Position numbers and translations under genes: made by a program. A stretch of DNA of 46,574 nt from Flectonema sp. DT1601 (taxonomy: Eukaryota): contig OZ025797.1 in the NCBI GenBank assembly GCA_964019425.1, positions 1,364,001 through 1,410,574 on the forward strand, read 5' to 3'. The notes beneath the pieces were generated by a model, which made no database searches, was not told the origin of the DNA, and saw nothing but the letters and a program-made list of their open reading frames with translations. Each line of letters begins with the position of its first letter. Positions within the stretch are counted from its first letter, which is position 1. Shown one piece after another: positions 1 to 13,122 of the stretch.

Positions 1-883
1 TTGGGCATGGGCAAATGAAAAGCACACAAAGATGGTTGGGGAGTGGTTGATTGAATATTTCGGCAGTGATGCAAACATGAACCCCAAAACATTTGAAGAG
101 ACAACACTCTACTTTGAAGGGCTTCTGAACCATGCATACAGACAGCTGAAGAAAACACCATTTCTGAGTGAATATTTTGATGGGGCTGACCATATCCAGG
201 AAAACATAAAAGAATTGATTGTTCACCCCAGGAAAGTGTTAAGAGCGGAAGAACCTTCATCCCTTAGCAGCTTGGGATCTGAAGAGCTTTACAATAAGCT
301 CCAATCTGGACAAGCTGTGTACTCGAAAAATGTTGTCGGAGAGGGTGGTGACATTCTGATCCCTTTGATGCTCTCTGAAGGAAAGAAAAAGGCAACGCTC
401 TACCTATTCTGTGCCCAGTGCAAACTAGCAAAGAGAGTCGATAGCCTCCAAGAAGTAGAAACGAAGGCTGTGGAAATTCCAGCTGTCCAGGAACTCCAGG
501 CTTGGGCGAATAAACAGAAGAAACCACTTGATGTACATGGTCTTTATTTCACCACACACACACCCAAGCTTCAAACTGCAAAGCGGAAGGGTGTTTGGTT
601 CACAAAGGATTCTATGGAGAAGTGGCTGAGCAGACTTGGTTTGCCAAGAGTCAATTACCACCATGCAAGAACCTCAACATCTGGTAGCTCCGCTGACCCT
701 GCATCACCAAAACATAAAGAATCAAAGGAAAATTCCAATCAAATACCCCACGACACCACTAGAAATAAATTAAAAAGACACCTTTCAGAAAGCAGCAACG
801 ATACACCAAATCTAAGGTCTGAACCAACTGGTAGAGTTACTAAGAGAGGCAAAAGCCATGTGTCGGAGGAAAATGACTGGTAA
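1..883 (+). CDS. 3' part of the NTPase/nuclease effector-like gene (copy 1, truncated by window edge)
   Basis: Identical to the C-terminal 283 aa of the downstream copies. Confidence 0.9.
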   Translation, partial: WAWANEKHTKMVGEWLIEYFGSDANMNPKTFEETTLYFEGLLNHAYRQLKKTPFLSEYFDGADHIQENIKELIVHPRKVLRAEEPSSLSSLGSEELYNKLQSGQAVYSKNVVGEGGDILIPLMLSEGKKKATLYLFCAQCKLAKRVDSLQEVETKAVEIPAVQELQAWANKQKKPLDVHGLYFTTHTPKLQTAKRKGVWFTKDSMEKWLSRLGLPRVNYHHARTSTSGSSADPASPKHKESKENSNQIPHDTTRNKLKRHLSESSNDTPNLRSEPTGRVTKRGKSHVSEENDW

Positions 884-885
884 TA

Positions 886-1066
886 ATGTAAAAAAACCCG
901 CAAACCCGCACTAGAGATACCCGTCGAGGCTCGCTTCGCTCGCTTTGTTTTGTTTTTGTTTTTTTGAATTCAACTTGTTTTTCCTTTGGTTGAGTATGCT
1001 AAAATGACAACGATGGCTGGGTTATTATAATGGATATGTGGATTATTTCAAGTTAACCATTTTTTT
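886..1066. repeat. Dispersed repeat beginning AAACCCGCAAACCCGCACTAGAGATACCC...GGCTCGCTTCGCT (once per array unit; diverged copies at about 23139-23220 partial, 23632-23880 and 29640-29890)
   Basis: Shared blocks are visible by eye in all copies (CTAGAGATACCC, GCTCGCTTCGCT, CTTGTTTTTCCTTTG, TATTTCAAGTT). Confidence 0.85.
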
Positions 1067-1137
1067 CCAGCTGCATTTTTCTTCTGGTGCCTTACACAGC
1101 AAAAAAAGCAACCGAATTTTGTTCTACCACCAAGTGG

Positions 1138-1249
1138 AAAAAACCGCACTAATTTTTTCTCAAAAAAACCGCACTAATTTTTCCGCGCAGTAATATTTCC
1201 CCGCAGTAATTATTCAGCGCAGTAATATTTCCAGTTGCAGTATTATTCC
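1138..1249 (+). repeat. Short degenerate minisatellite: 2 x 25-bp AAAAAACCGCACTAATTTTT unit followed by about 4 x GCAGTAATATTTCC-like units (in each array unit)
   Basis: Direct repeats seen in sequence. One 25-bp unit is absent at about 12120-12140, which explains the 3636-bp spacing. Confidence 0.85.
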
Positions 1250-2164
1250 TTACTTGGCCTATTCCATCGTCAGTCATTGCCCCCGCGTCATAGAACACCG
1301 GGTAGCCTGTCGTATGTGGTTGTATCTGAGAAAGGGATTTTTCAAGGAGTACAAATTCCTTAGTTTTTCTTCCTCTCTTCTGGTAGCAATGCAAAATTTC
1401 TTTTTGCTTCTTTAGCTATTGCAGTTGCAACACTGACCTCAAAACAGTAGTGTTAGTTAGTTACAACACACAGTTAACATTATTTCAAATGCAGACATCA
1501 GTAATGGGAAAATATTGTTATCGCTCGAAAAGTATGATAAGCAGAAATCGTGTTAGAGGGGAAGACATTATAGAAACTCTTAATACATTCTAGTCTCTCG
1601 CGTGGTTAACCCAAGGCTTCAGGGGCCTCTGTCCAGTTAAAGTCACAAACTTTCATGTCGGTTTTCAGTCACTGCTGGTGTTAAAGATAAGTGCTGCTAC
1701 AGGGCACTCAACCTGTAGTACGTGGCCCCCGAATCCCCATATTCGACAGCACATATGGGATTTTTTATCGATAGCAACTGTTGATTTCTTATATTGCAAC
1801 CTGGTTTGGCCGAACCCTATTCTCGTTTTTGCCAGTTTCAAGTTGCTTTCTATTTTATATTAGTATCAAGTTACCCCCAACACAGCTCTTATCGCTAAGC
1901 AAGTAGTAAAATGGCTAGCAGAGTGAACTCGAAGAACGAGGAGTCCCATGGGAAGGTGAATGACCATGTGCTGCATGCCAGAAGAAAGGGTGATGGTGTA
2001 CGATCGCAAGGTCCAATGCCAAGGACAGACACTACAACTATGCAGACGGTGTTTAGATGCTTGCTGGAGTTGCCTATTAGTGATCTTGCTTATGTCATTT
2101 ATCATTTCTTCCACAGAAAACAATCCCATCCCTCCCCAAAACAACAACAACACCACAAAAACAA

Positions 2165-4544
2165 ATGTCCACCTCATCCAATGTTCAGCTGAACGAACAA
2201 GTTTTAAAATGGATATCTGAGACCAAAGAAGCGATTAATACGACTCAAGAAGAATTCGATAAAGTAGTCAACATTATTTTAAAGGAGGGAAAAGGCCTAA
2301 CTGGCGATGAAGCTGCCTTCATAAAAAGATGCGTCGTCATGTCTGGAAGTCTCGCAGATCACAAGCAGAAGCTAACAACAGACTTAGAGGACCTGAAGGT
2401 AGAAGAGAAAAACTACAGGGAGGTGCTGAAGAAATCTTCTGAGGTATACCTTTTACTTTTTGTTTGTAACGCATTTCGGGGTAAACCTGTCTGATCGGGT
2501 CCAACCTTTTTTTGTATTGGTCACAGTACAGCCCTTCGGATTGATTATTGAAATTACTTGTTCACCAAAAGAAAAACAATCATCCACACAGACGCCTGAT
2601 GTTGTACCATACACAGTAGAGGAGGTAGAGAAGCTTTTGGACCCTTCAAAAATGAAGATGGAGACTGTTGTTGCAAATAAGCCACTCCTTGATAGGGAAA
2701 ATGCACGCAATGCACTTGATGTGGTGTTGCATCAAAAACGTATAAATGATAGGTGGCATGTCATCACAACTGTAGGAATTCCAGGCTCAGGGAAGACCTT
2801 CCTGCTACGTAAAGGGATTATGTATGAATGGTATCCTGATCGAAGTATTATGATGACCTTTTATGAGCATGCACAGATTATCGATGATGGAAAGATGGAT
2901 CCGCTTGTTGCCTTTGCTCGTCAGCTTGTCCAAACAAACAACTTCAGAGGAGACGTTGATTTCAACCGCATTGTAGACTTCCATGGAGTGATCACAGCCT
3001 TTCGACAGAAGCTTGGCCTATCTGATGAGATCCCTTTGATTGTCTGTATTGATGAACTTATTAAATTGCGTGAACATCACATTATGCTCTTGCGAAGGGA
3101 AGGTGTGGATGAGCAAAGGTTGAAACTCCAAGCCACAGATCGATGCAAAATGCTGAGAACTGCCCTGATGGCCTATCAGGACAGATGCACTAATAACAAG
3201 TTACCCGAGATACGATTTGTCTGGACGTCACACACCGAGTTGTTTGATAACGAAATGACCGCGTCTGTAGGTAGTCGTCGTCAGATCGTTCACATACCAT
3301 TAACAAACCTAACTCATGAAAATGCCCTGAATCTATTGAGACTTGACGAACTTAAAGGGGCAGGGGATCTGGTAACTGAGTGGTCATTGAATATGTGTGC
3401 TGGTAATCCCCGTGCGATTGTGAGTCTCCCCGAAGTGATTAATGACGCAAAGTGTTTTGGTACAGCTGGTCTTGCTTCACGCATAGCTAGTGGAATTTAT
3501 AGAGCATGCATGTTTCAAACGCTTCACATTTCATTTGTTGAGGACCACCTCGCTGCAGTTCTCACAAAGTCACTCAACAGTGCCACAGAGGATGCATTAC
3601 GAATTAGGGGTGCTCTCCACAAACTCTCCAATGGTGTTGAATGCTTAATTCCAAGTTTGGTTTGGGCATGGGCAAATGAAAAGCACACAAAGATGGTTGG
3701 GGAGTGGTTGATTGAATATTTCGGCAGTGATGCAAACATGAACCCCAAAACATTTGAAGAGACAACACTCTACTTTGAAGGGCTTCTGAACCATGCATAC
3801 AGACAGCTGAAGAAAACACCATTTCTGAGTGAATATTTTGATGGGGCTGACCATATCCAGGAAAACATAAAAGAATTGATTGTTCACCCCAGGAAAGTGT
3901 TAAGAGCGGAAGAACCTTCATCCCTTAGCAGCTTGGGATCTGAAGAGCTTTACAATAAGCTCCAATCTGGACAAGCTGTGTACTCGAAAAATGTTGTCGG
4001 AGAGGGTGGTGACATTCTGATCCCTTTGATGCTCTCTGAAGGAAAGAAAAAGGCAACGCTCTACCTATTCTGTGCCCAGTGCAAACTAGCAAAGAGAGTC
4101 GATAGCCTCCAAGAAGTAGAAACGAAGGCTGTGGAAATTCCAGCTGTCCAGGAACTCCAGGCTTGGGCGAATAAACAGAAGAAACCACTTGATGTACATG
4201 GTCTTTATTTCACCACACACACACCCAAGCTTCAAACTGCAAAGCGGAAGGGTGTTTGGTTCACAAAGGATTCTATGGAGAAGTGGCTGAGCAGACTTGG
4301 TTTGCCAAGAGTCAATTACCACCATGCAAGAACCTCAACATCTGGTAGCTCCGCTGACCCTGCATCACCAAAACATAAAGAATCAAAGGAAAATTCCAAT
4401 CAAATACCCCACGACACCACTAGAAATAAATTAAAAAGACACCTTTCAGAAAGCAGCAACGATACACCAAATCTAAGGTCTGAACCAACTGGTAGAGTTA
4501 CTAAGAGAGGCAAAAGCCATGTGTCGGAGGAAAATGACTGGTAA
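2165..4544 (+). CDS. Crinkler/RHS-like effector: helical header + P-loop NTPase + PD-(D/E)xK-like nuclease; exons 2165-2443 and 2592-4544 (743 aa spliced), copy 2
   Basis: Walker A GIPGSGKT, Walker B LIVCIDE, C-terminal GGDILIPL...LFCAQCK (D...QxK), basic low-complexity tail. A phase-0 GT..AG intron joins KKSSE to TPDVVPY in frame. Confidence 0.8.
2444..2591 (+). other. Spliceosomal GT-AG intron (148 nt), repeated in each array unit
   Basis: GAG|gtatacc...catccacacag|ACG gives an in-frame join. A 2-nt deletion in copy 7 falls inside this interval, and a homologous intron sits at 27909-28082. Confidence 0.75.
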
Positions 4545-5825
4545 TAATGTAAAAAAACCCGCAAACCCGCACTAGAGATACCCGTCGAGGCTCGCTTCGC
4601 TCGCTTTGTTTTGTTTTTGTTTTTTTGAATTCAACTTGTTTTTCCTTTGGTTGAGTATGCTAAAATGACAACGATGGCTGGGTTATTATAATGGATATGT
4701 GGATTATTTCAAGTTAACCATTTTTTTCCAGCTGCATTTTTCTTCTGGTGCCTTACACAGCAAAAAAAGCAACCGAATTTTGTTCTACCACCAAGTGGAA
4801 AAAACCGCACTAATTTTTTCTCAAAAAAACCGCACTAATTTTTCCGCGCAGTAATATTTCCCCGCAGTAATTATTCAGCGCAGTAATATTTCCAGTTGCA
4901 GTATTATTCCTTACTTGGCCTATTCCATCGTCAGTCATTGCCCCCGCGTCATAGAACACCGGGTAGCCTGTCGTATGTGGTTGTATCTGAGAAAGGGATT
5001 TTTCAAGGAGTACAAATTCCTTAGTTTTTCTTCCTCTCTTCTGGTAGCAATGCAAAATTTCTTTTTGCTTCTTTAGCTATTGCAGTTGCAACACTGACCT
5101 CAAAACAGTAGTGTTAGTTAGTTACAACACACAGTTAACATTATTTCAAATGCAGACATCAGTAATGGGAAAATATTGTTATCGCTCGAAAAGTATGATA
5201 AGCAGAAATCGTGTTAGAGGGGAAGACATTATAGAAACTCTTAATACATTCTAGTCTCTCGCGTGGTTAACCCAAGGCTTCAGGGGCCTCTGTCCAGTTA
5301 AAGTCACAAACTTTCATGTCGGTTTTCAGTCACTGCTGGTGTTAAAGATAAGTGCTGCTACAGGGCACTCAACCTGTAGTACGTGGCCCCCGAATCCCCA
5401 TATTCGACAGCACATATGGGATTTTTTATCGATAGCAACTGTTGATTTCTTATATTGCAACCTGGTTTGGCCGAACCCTATTCTCGTTTTTGCCAGTTTC
5501 AAGTTGCTTTCTATTTTATATTAGTATCAAGTTACCCCCAACACAGCTCTTATCGCTAAGCAAGTAGTAAAATGGCTAGCAGAGTGAACTCGAAGAACGA
5601 GGAGTCCCATGGGAAGGTGAATGACCATGTGCTGCATGCCAGAAGAAAGGGTGATGGTGTACGATCGCAAGGTCCAATGCCAAGGACAGACACTACAACT
5701 ATGCAGACGGTGTTTAGATGCTTGCTGGAGTTGCCTATTAGTGATCTTGCTTATGTCATTTATCATTTCTTCCACAGAAAACAATCCCATCCCTCCCCAA
5801 AACAACAACAACACCACAAAAACAA

Positions 5826-8205
5826 ATGTCCACCTCATCCAATGTTCAGCTGAACGAACAAGTTTTAAAATGGATATCTGAGACCAAAGAAGCGATTAAT
5901 ACGACTCAAGAAGAATTCGATAAAGTAGTCAACATTATTTTAAAGGAGGGAAAAGGCCTAACTGGCGATGAAGCTGCCTTCATAAAAAGATGCGTCGTCA
6001 TGTCTGGAAGTCTCGCAGATCACAAGCAGAAGCTAACAACAGACTTAGAGGACCTGAAGGTAGAAGAGAAAAACTACAGGGAGGTGCTGAAGAAATCTTC
6101 TGAGGTATACCTTTTACTTTTTGTTTGTAACGCATTTCGGGGTAAACCTGTCTGATCGGGTCCAACCTTTTTTTGTATTGGTCACAGTACAGCCCTTCGG
6201 ATTGATTATTGAAATTACTTGTTCACCAAAAGAAAAACAATCATCCACACAGACGCCTGATGTTGTACCATACACAGTAGAGGAGGTAGAGAAGCTTTTG
6301 GACCCTTCAAAAATGAAGATGGAGACTGTTGTTGCAAATAAGCCACTCCTTGATAGGGAAAATGCACGCAATGCACTTGATGTGGTGTTGCATCAAAAAC
6401 GTATAAATGATAGGTGGCATGTCATCACAACTGTAGGAATTCCAGGCTCAGGGAAGACCTTCCTGCTACGTAAAGGGATTATGTATGAATGGTATCCTGA
6501 TCGAAGTATTATGATGACCTTTTATGAGCATGCACAGATTATCGATGATGGAAAGATGGATCCGCTTGTTGCCTTTGCTCGTCAGCTTGTCCAAACAAAC
6601 AACTTCAGAGGAGACGTTGATTTCAACCGCATTGTAGACTTCCATGGAGTGATCACAGCCTTTCGACAGAAGCTTGGCCTATCTGATGAGATCCCTTTGA
6701 TTGTCTGTATTGATGAACTTATTAAATTGCGTGAACATCACATTATGCTCTTGCGAAGGGAAGGTGTGGATGAGCAAAGGTTGAAACTCCAAGCCACAGA
6801 TCGATGCAAAATGCTGAGAACTGCCCTGATGGCCTATCAGGACAGATGCACTAATAACAAGTTACCCGAGATACGATTTGTCTGGACGTCACACACCGAG
6901 TTGTTTGATAACGAAATGACCGCGTCTGTAGGTAGTCGTCGTCAGATCGTTCACATACCATTAACAAACCTAACTCATGAAAATGCCCTGAATCTATTGA
7001 GACTTGACGAACTTAAAGGGGCAGGGGATCTGGTAACTGAGTGGTCATTGAATATGTGTGCTGGTAATCCCCGTGCGATTGTGAGTCTCCCCGAAGTGAT
7101 TAATGACGCAAAGTGTTTTGGTACAGCTGGTCTTGCTTCACGCATAGCTAGTGGAATTTATAGAGCATGCATGTTTCAAACGCTTCACATTTCATTTGTT
7201 GAGGACCACCTCGCTGCAGTTCTCACAAAGTCACTCAACAGTGCCACAGAGGATGCATTACGAATTAGGGGTGCTCTCCACAAACTCTCCAATGGTGTTG
7301 AATGCTTAATTCCAAGTTTGGTTTGGGCATGGGCAAATGAAAAGCACACAAAGATGGTTGGGGAGTGGTTGATTGAATATTTCGGCAGTGATGCAAACAT
7401 GAACCCCAAAACATTTGAAGAGACAACACTCTACTTTGAAGGGCTTCTGAACCATGCATACAGACAGCTGAAGAAAACACCATTTCTGAGTGAATATTTT
7501 GATGGGGCTGACCATATCCAGGAAAACATAAAAGAATTGATTGTTCACCCCAGGAAAGTGTTAAGAGCGGAAGAACCTTCATCCCTTAGCAGCTTGGGAT
7601 CTGAAGAGCTTTACAATAAGCTCCAATCTGGACAAGCTGTGTACTCGAAAAATGTTGTCGGAGAGGGTGGTGACATTCTGATCCCTTTGATGCTCTCTGA
7701 AGGAAAGAAAAAGGCAACGCTCTACCTATTCTGTGCCCAGTGCAAACTAGCAAAGAGAGTCGATAGCCTCCAAGAAGTAGAAACGAAGGCTGTGGAAATT
7801 CCAGCTGTCCAGGAACTCCAGGCTTGGGCGAATAAACAGAAGAAACCACTTGATGTACATGGTCTTTATTTCACCACACACACACCCAAGCTTCAAACTG
7901 CAAAGCGGAAGGGTGTTTGGTTCACAAAGGATTCTATGGAGAAGTGGCTGAGCAGACTTGGTTTGCCAAGAGTCAATTACCACCATGCAAGAACCTCAAC
8001 ATCTGGTAGCTCCGCTGACCCTGCATCACCAAAACATAAAGAATCAAAGGAAAATTCCAATCAAATACCCCACGACACCACTAGAAATAAATTAAAAAGA
8101 CACCTTTCAGAAAGCAGCAACGATACACCAAATCTAAGGTCTGAACCAACTGGTAGAGTTACTAAGAGAGGCAAAAGCCATGTGTCGGAGGAAAATGACT
8201 GGTAA
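5826..8205 (+). CDS. Effector-like NTPase/nuclease gene, copy 3 (exons 5826-6104, 6253-8205)
   Basis: Translation identical to copy 2. Confidence 0.8.
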
Positions 8206-9486
8206 TAATGTAAAAAAACCCGCAAACCCGCACTAGAGATACCCGTCGAGGCTCGCTTCGCTCGCTTTGTTTTGTTTTTGTTTTTTTGAATTCAACTTGT
8301 TTTTCCTTTGGTTGAGTATGCTAAAATGACAACGATGGCTGGGTTATTATAATGGATATGTGGATTATTTCAAGTTAACCATTTTTTTCCAGCTGCATTT
8401 TTCTTCTGGTGCCTTACACAGCAAAAAAAGCAACCGAATTTTGTTCTACCACCAAGTGGAAAAAACCGCACTAATTTTTTCTCAAAAAAACCGCACTAAT
8501 TTTTCCGCGCAGTAATATTTCCCCGCAGTAATTATTCAGCGCAGTAATATTTCCAGTTGCAGTATTATTCCTTACTTGGCCTATTCCATCGTCAGTCATT
8601 GCCCCCGCGTCATAGAACACCGGGTAGCCTGTCGTATGTGGTTGTATCTGAGAAAGGGATTTTTCAAGGAGTACAAATTCCTTAGTTTTTCTTCCTCTCT
8701 TCTGGTAGCAATGCAAAATTTCTTTTTGCTTCTTTAGCTATTGCAGTTGCAACACTGACCTCAAAACAGTAGTGTTAGTTAGTTACAACACACAGTTAAC
8801 ATTATTTCAAATGCAGACATCAGTAATGGGAAAATATTGTTATCGCTCGAAAAGTATGATAAGCAGAAATCGTGTTAGAGGGGAAGACATTATAGAAACT
8901 CTTAATACATTCTAGTCTCTCGCGTGGTTAACCCAAGGCTTCAGGGGCCTCTGTCCAGTTAAAGTCACAAACTTTCATGTCGGTTTTCAGTCACTGCTGG
9001 TGTTAAAGATAAGTGCTGCTACAGGGCACTCAACCTGTAGTACGTGGCCCCCGAATCCCCATATTCGACAGCACATATGGGATTTTTTATCGATAGCAAC
9101 TGTTGATTTCTTATATTGCAACCTGGTTTGGCCGAACCCTATTCTCGTTTTTGCCAGTTTCAAGTTGCTTTCTATTTTATATTAGTATCAAGTTACCCCC
9201 AACACAGCTCTTATCGCTAAGCAAGTAGTAAAATGGCTAGCAGAGTGAACTCGAAGAACGAGGAGTCCCATGGGAAGGTGAATGACCATGTGCTGCATGC
9301 CAGAAGAAAGGGTGATGGTGTACGATCGCAAGGTCCAATGCCAAGGACAGACACTACAACTATGCAGACGGTGTTTAGATGCTTGCTGGAGTTGCCTATT
9401 AGTGATCTTGCTTATGTCATTTATCATTTCTTCCACAGAAAACAATCCCATCCCTCCCCAAAACAACAACAACACCACAAAAACAA

Positions 9487-11866
9487 ATGTCCACCTCATC
9501 CAATGTTCAGCTGAACGAACAAGTTTTAAAATGGATATCTGAGACCAAAGAAGCGATTAATACGACTCAAGAAGAATTCGATAAAGTAGTCAACATTATT
9601 TTAAAGGAGGGAAAAGGCCTAACTGGCGATGAAGCTGCCTTCATAAAAAGATGCGTCGTCATGTCTGGAAGTCTCGCAGATCACAAGCAGAAGCTAACAA
9701 CAGACTTAGAGGACCTGAAGGTAGAAGAGAAAAACTACAGGGAGGTGCTGAAGAAATCTTCTGAGGTATACCTTTTACTTTTTGTTTGTAACGCATTTCG
9801 GGGTAAACCTGTCTGATCGGGTCCAACCTTTTTTTGTATTGGTCACAGTACAGCCCTTCGGATTGATTATTGAAATTACTTGTTCACCAAAAGAAAAACA
9901 ATCATCCACACAGACGCCTGATGTTGTACCATACACAGTAGAGGAGGTAGAGAAGCTTTTGGACCCTTCAAAAATGAAGATGGAGACTGTTGTTGCAAAT
10001 AAGCCACTCCTTGATAGGGAAAATGCACGCAATGCACTTGATGTGGTGTTGCATCAAAAACGTATAAATGATAGGTGGCATGTCATCACAACTGTAGGAA
10101 TTCCAGGCTCAGGGAAGACCTTCCTGCTACGTAAAGGGATTATGTATGAATGGTATCCTGATCGAAGTATTATGATGACCTTTTATGAGCATGCACAGAT
10201 TATCGATGATGGAAAGATGGATCCGCTTGTTGCCTTTGCTCGTCAGCTTGTCCAAACAAACAACTTCAGAGGAGACGTTGATTTCAACCGCATTGTAGAC
10301 TTCCATGGAGTGATCACAGCCTTTCGACAGAAGCTTGGCCTATCTGATGAGATCCCTTTGATTGTCTGTATTGATGAACTTATTAAATTGCGTGAACATC
10401 ACATTATGCTCTTGCGAAGGGAAGGTGTGGATGAGCAAAGGTTGAAACTCCAAGCCACAGATCGATGCAAAATGCTGAGAACTGCCCTGATGGCCTATCA
10501 GGACAGATGCACTAATAACAAGTTACCCGAGATACGATTTGTCTGGACGTCACACACCGAGTTGTTTGATAACGAAATGACCGCGTCTGTAGGTAGTCGT
10601 CGTCAGATCGTTCACATACCATTAACAAACCTAACTCATGAAAATGCCCTGAATCTATTGAGACTTGACGAACTTAAAGGGGCAGGGGATCTGGTAACTG
10701 AGTGGTCATTGAATATGTGTGCTGGTAATCCCCGTGCGATTGTGAGTCTCCCCGAAGTGATTAATGACGCAAAGTGTTTTGGTACAGCTGGTCTTGCTTC
10801 ACGCATAGCTAGTGGAATTTATAGAGCATGCATGTTTCAAACGCTTCACATTTCATTTGTTGAGGACCACCTCGCTGCAGTTCTCACAAAGTCACTCAAC
10901 AGTGCCACAGAGGATGCATTACGAATTAGGGGTGCTCTCCACAAACTCTCCAATGGTGTTGAATGCTTAATTCCAAGTTTGGTTTGGGCATGGGCAAATG
11001 AAAAGCACACAAAGATGGTTGGGGAGTGGTTGATTGAATATTTCGGCAGTGATGCAAACATGAACCCCAAAACATTTGAAGAGACAACACTCTACTTTGA
11101 AGGGCTTCTGAACCATGCATACAGACAGCTGAAGAAAACACCATTTCTGAGTGAATATTTTGATGGGGCTGACCATATCCAGGAAAACATAAAAGAATTG
11201 ATTGTTCACCCCAGGAAAGTGTTAAGAGCGGAAGAACCTTCATCCCTTAGCAGCTTGGGATCTGAAGAGCTTTACAATAAGCTCCAATCTGGACAAGCTG
11301 TGTACTCGAAAAATGTTGTCGGAGAGGGTGGTGACATTCTGATCCCTTTGATGCTCTCTGAAGGAAAGAAAAAGGCAACGCTCTACCTATTCTGTGCCCA
11401 GTGCAAACTAGCAAAGAGAGTCGATAGCCTCCAAGAAGTAGAAACGAAGGCTGTGGAAATTCCAGCTGTCCAGGAACTCCAGGCTTGGGCGAATAAACAG
11501 AAGAAACCACTTGATGTACATGGTCTTTATTTCACCACACACACACCCAAGCTTCAAACTGCAAAGCGGAAGGGTGTTTGGTTCACAAAGGATTCTATGG
11601 AGAAGTGGCTGAGCAGACTTGGTTTGCCAAGAGTCAATTACCACCATGCAAGAACCTCAACATCTGGTAGCTCCGCTGACCCTGCATCACCAAAACATAA
11701 AGAATCAAAGGAAAATTCCAATCAAATACCCCACGACACCACTAGAAATAAATTAAAAAGACACCTTTCAGAAAGCAGCAACGATACACCAAATCTAAGG
11801 TCTGAACCAACTGGTAGAGTTACTAAGAGAGGCAAAAGCCATGTGTCGGAGGAAAATGACTGGTAA
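9487..11866 (+). CDS. Effector-like NTPase/nuclease gene, copy 4 (exons 9487-9765, 9914-11866)
   Basis: Translation identical to copy 2. Confidence 0.8.
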
Positions 11867-13122
11867 TAATGTAAAAAAACCCGCAAACCCGCACTAGAGA
11901 TACCCGTCGAGGCTCGCTTCGCTCGCTTTGTTTTGTTTTTGTTTTTTTGAATTCAACTTGTTTTTCCTTTGGTTGAGTATGCTAAAATGACAACGATGGC
12001 TGGGTTATTATAATGGATATGTGGATTATTTCAAGTTAACCATTTTTTTCCAGCTGCATTTTTCTTCTGGTGCCTTACACAGCAAAAAAAGCAACCGAAT
12101 TTTGTTCTACCACCAAGTGGAAAAAACCGCACTAATTTTTCCGCGCAGTAATATTTCCCCGCAGTAATTATTCAGCGCAGTAATATTTCCAGTTGCAGTA
12201 TTATTCCTTACTTGGCCTATTCCATCGTCAGTCATTGCCCCCGCGTCATAGAACACCGGGTAGCCTGTCGTATGTGGTTGTATCTGAGAAAGGGATTTTT
12301 CAAGGAGTACAAATTCCTTAGTTTTTCTTCCTCTCTTCTGGTAGCAATGCAAAATTTCTTTTTGCTTCTTTAGCTATTGCAGTTGCAACACTGACCTCAA
12401 AACAGTAGTGTTAGTTAGTTACAACACACAGTTAACATTATTTCAAATGCAGACATCAGTAATGGGAAAATATTGTTATCGCTCGAAAAGTATGATAAGC
12501 AGAAATCGTGTTAGAGGGGAAGACATTATAGAAACTCTTAATACATTCTAGTCTCTCGCGTGGTTAACCCAAGGCTTCAGGGGCCTCTGTCCAGTTAAAG
12601 TCACAAACTTTCATGTCGGTTTTCAGTCACTGCTGGTGTTAAAGATAAGTGCTGCTACAGGGCACTCAACCTGTAGTACGTGGCCCCCGAATCCCCATAT
12701 TCGACAGCACATATGGGATTTTTTATCGATAGCAACTGTTGATTTCTTATATTGCAACCTGGTTTGGCCGAACCCTATTCTCGTTTTTGCCAGTTTCAAG
12801 TTGCTTTCTATTTTATATTAGTATCAAGTTACCCCCAACACAGCTCTTATCGCTAAGCAAGTAGTAAAATGGCTAGCAGAGTGAACTCGAAGAACGAGGA
12901 GTCCCATGGGAAGGTGAATGACCATGTGCTGCATGCCAGAAGAAAGGGTGATGGTGTACGATCGCAAGGTCCAATGCCAAGGACAGACACTACAACTATG
13001 CAGACGGTGTTTAGATGCTTGCTGGAGTTGCCTATTAGTGATCTTGCTTATGTCATTTATCATTTCTTCCACAGAAAACAATCCCATCCCTCCCCAAAAC
13101 AACAACAACACCACAAAAACAA

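Noticed and set aside
1138..1249. Possible CRISPR-like or iteron array
   Set aside because: No unique spacers, no cas genes, eukaryotic context; a simple degenerate minisatellite.
1149..2220. Short ORFs (61-103 aa) in the array spacer, and antisense ORFs within the genes and elements
   Set aside because: No recognisable motifs; overlapping in several frames; their recurrence only reflects DNA duplication.
2510..2531. Alternative in-frame acceptor TACAG at 2531 after a T tract
   Set aside because: It would frameshift copy 7 and hit a TAA in the 27639 paralogue. Disfavoured, though not excluded without RNA data.
2460..2591. TTG-initiated N-terminus of the 694-aa ORF, and separate 109-aa ORFs
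   Set aside because: Better explained as one spliced gene. This stretch is frameshifted in copy 7 and shared as non-coding sequence with the 27639 gene.
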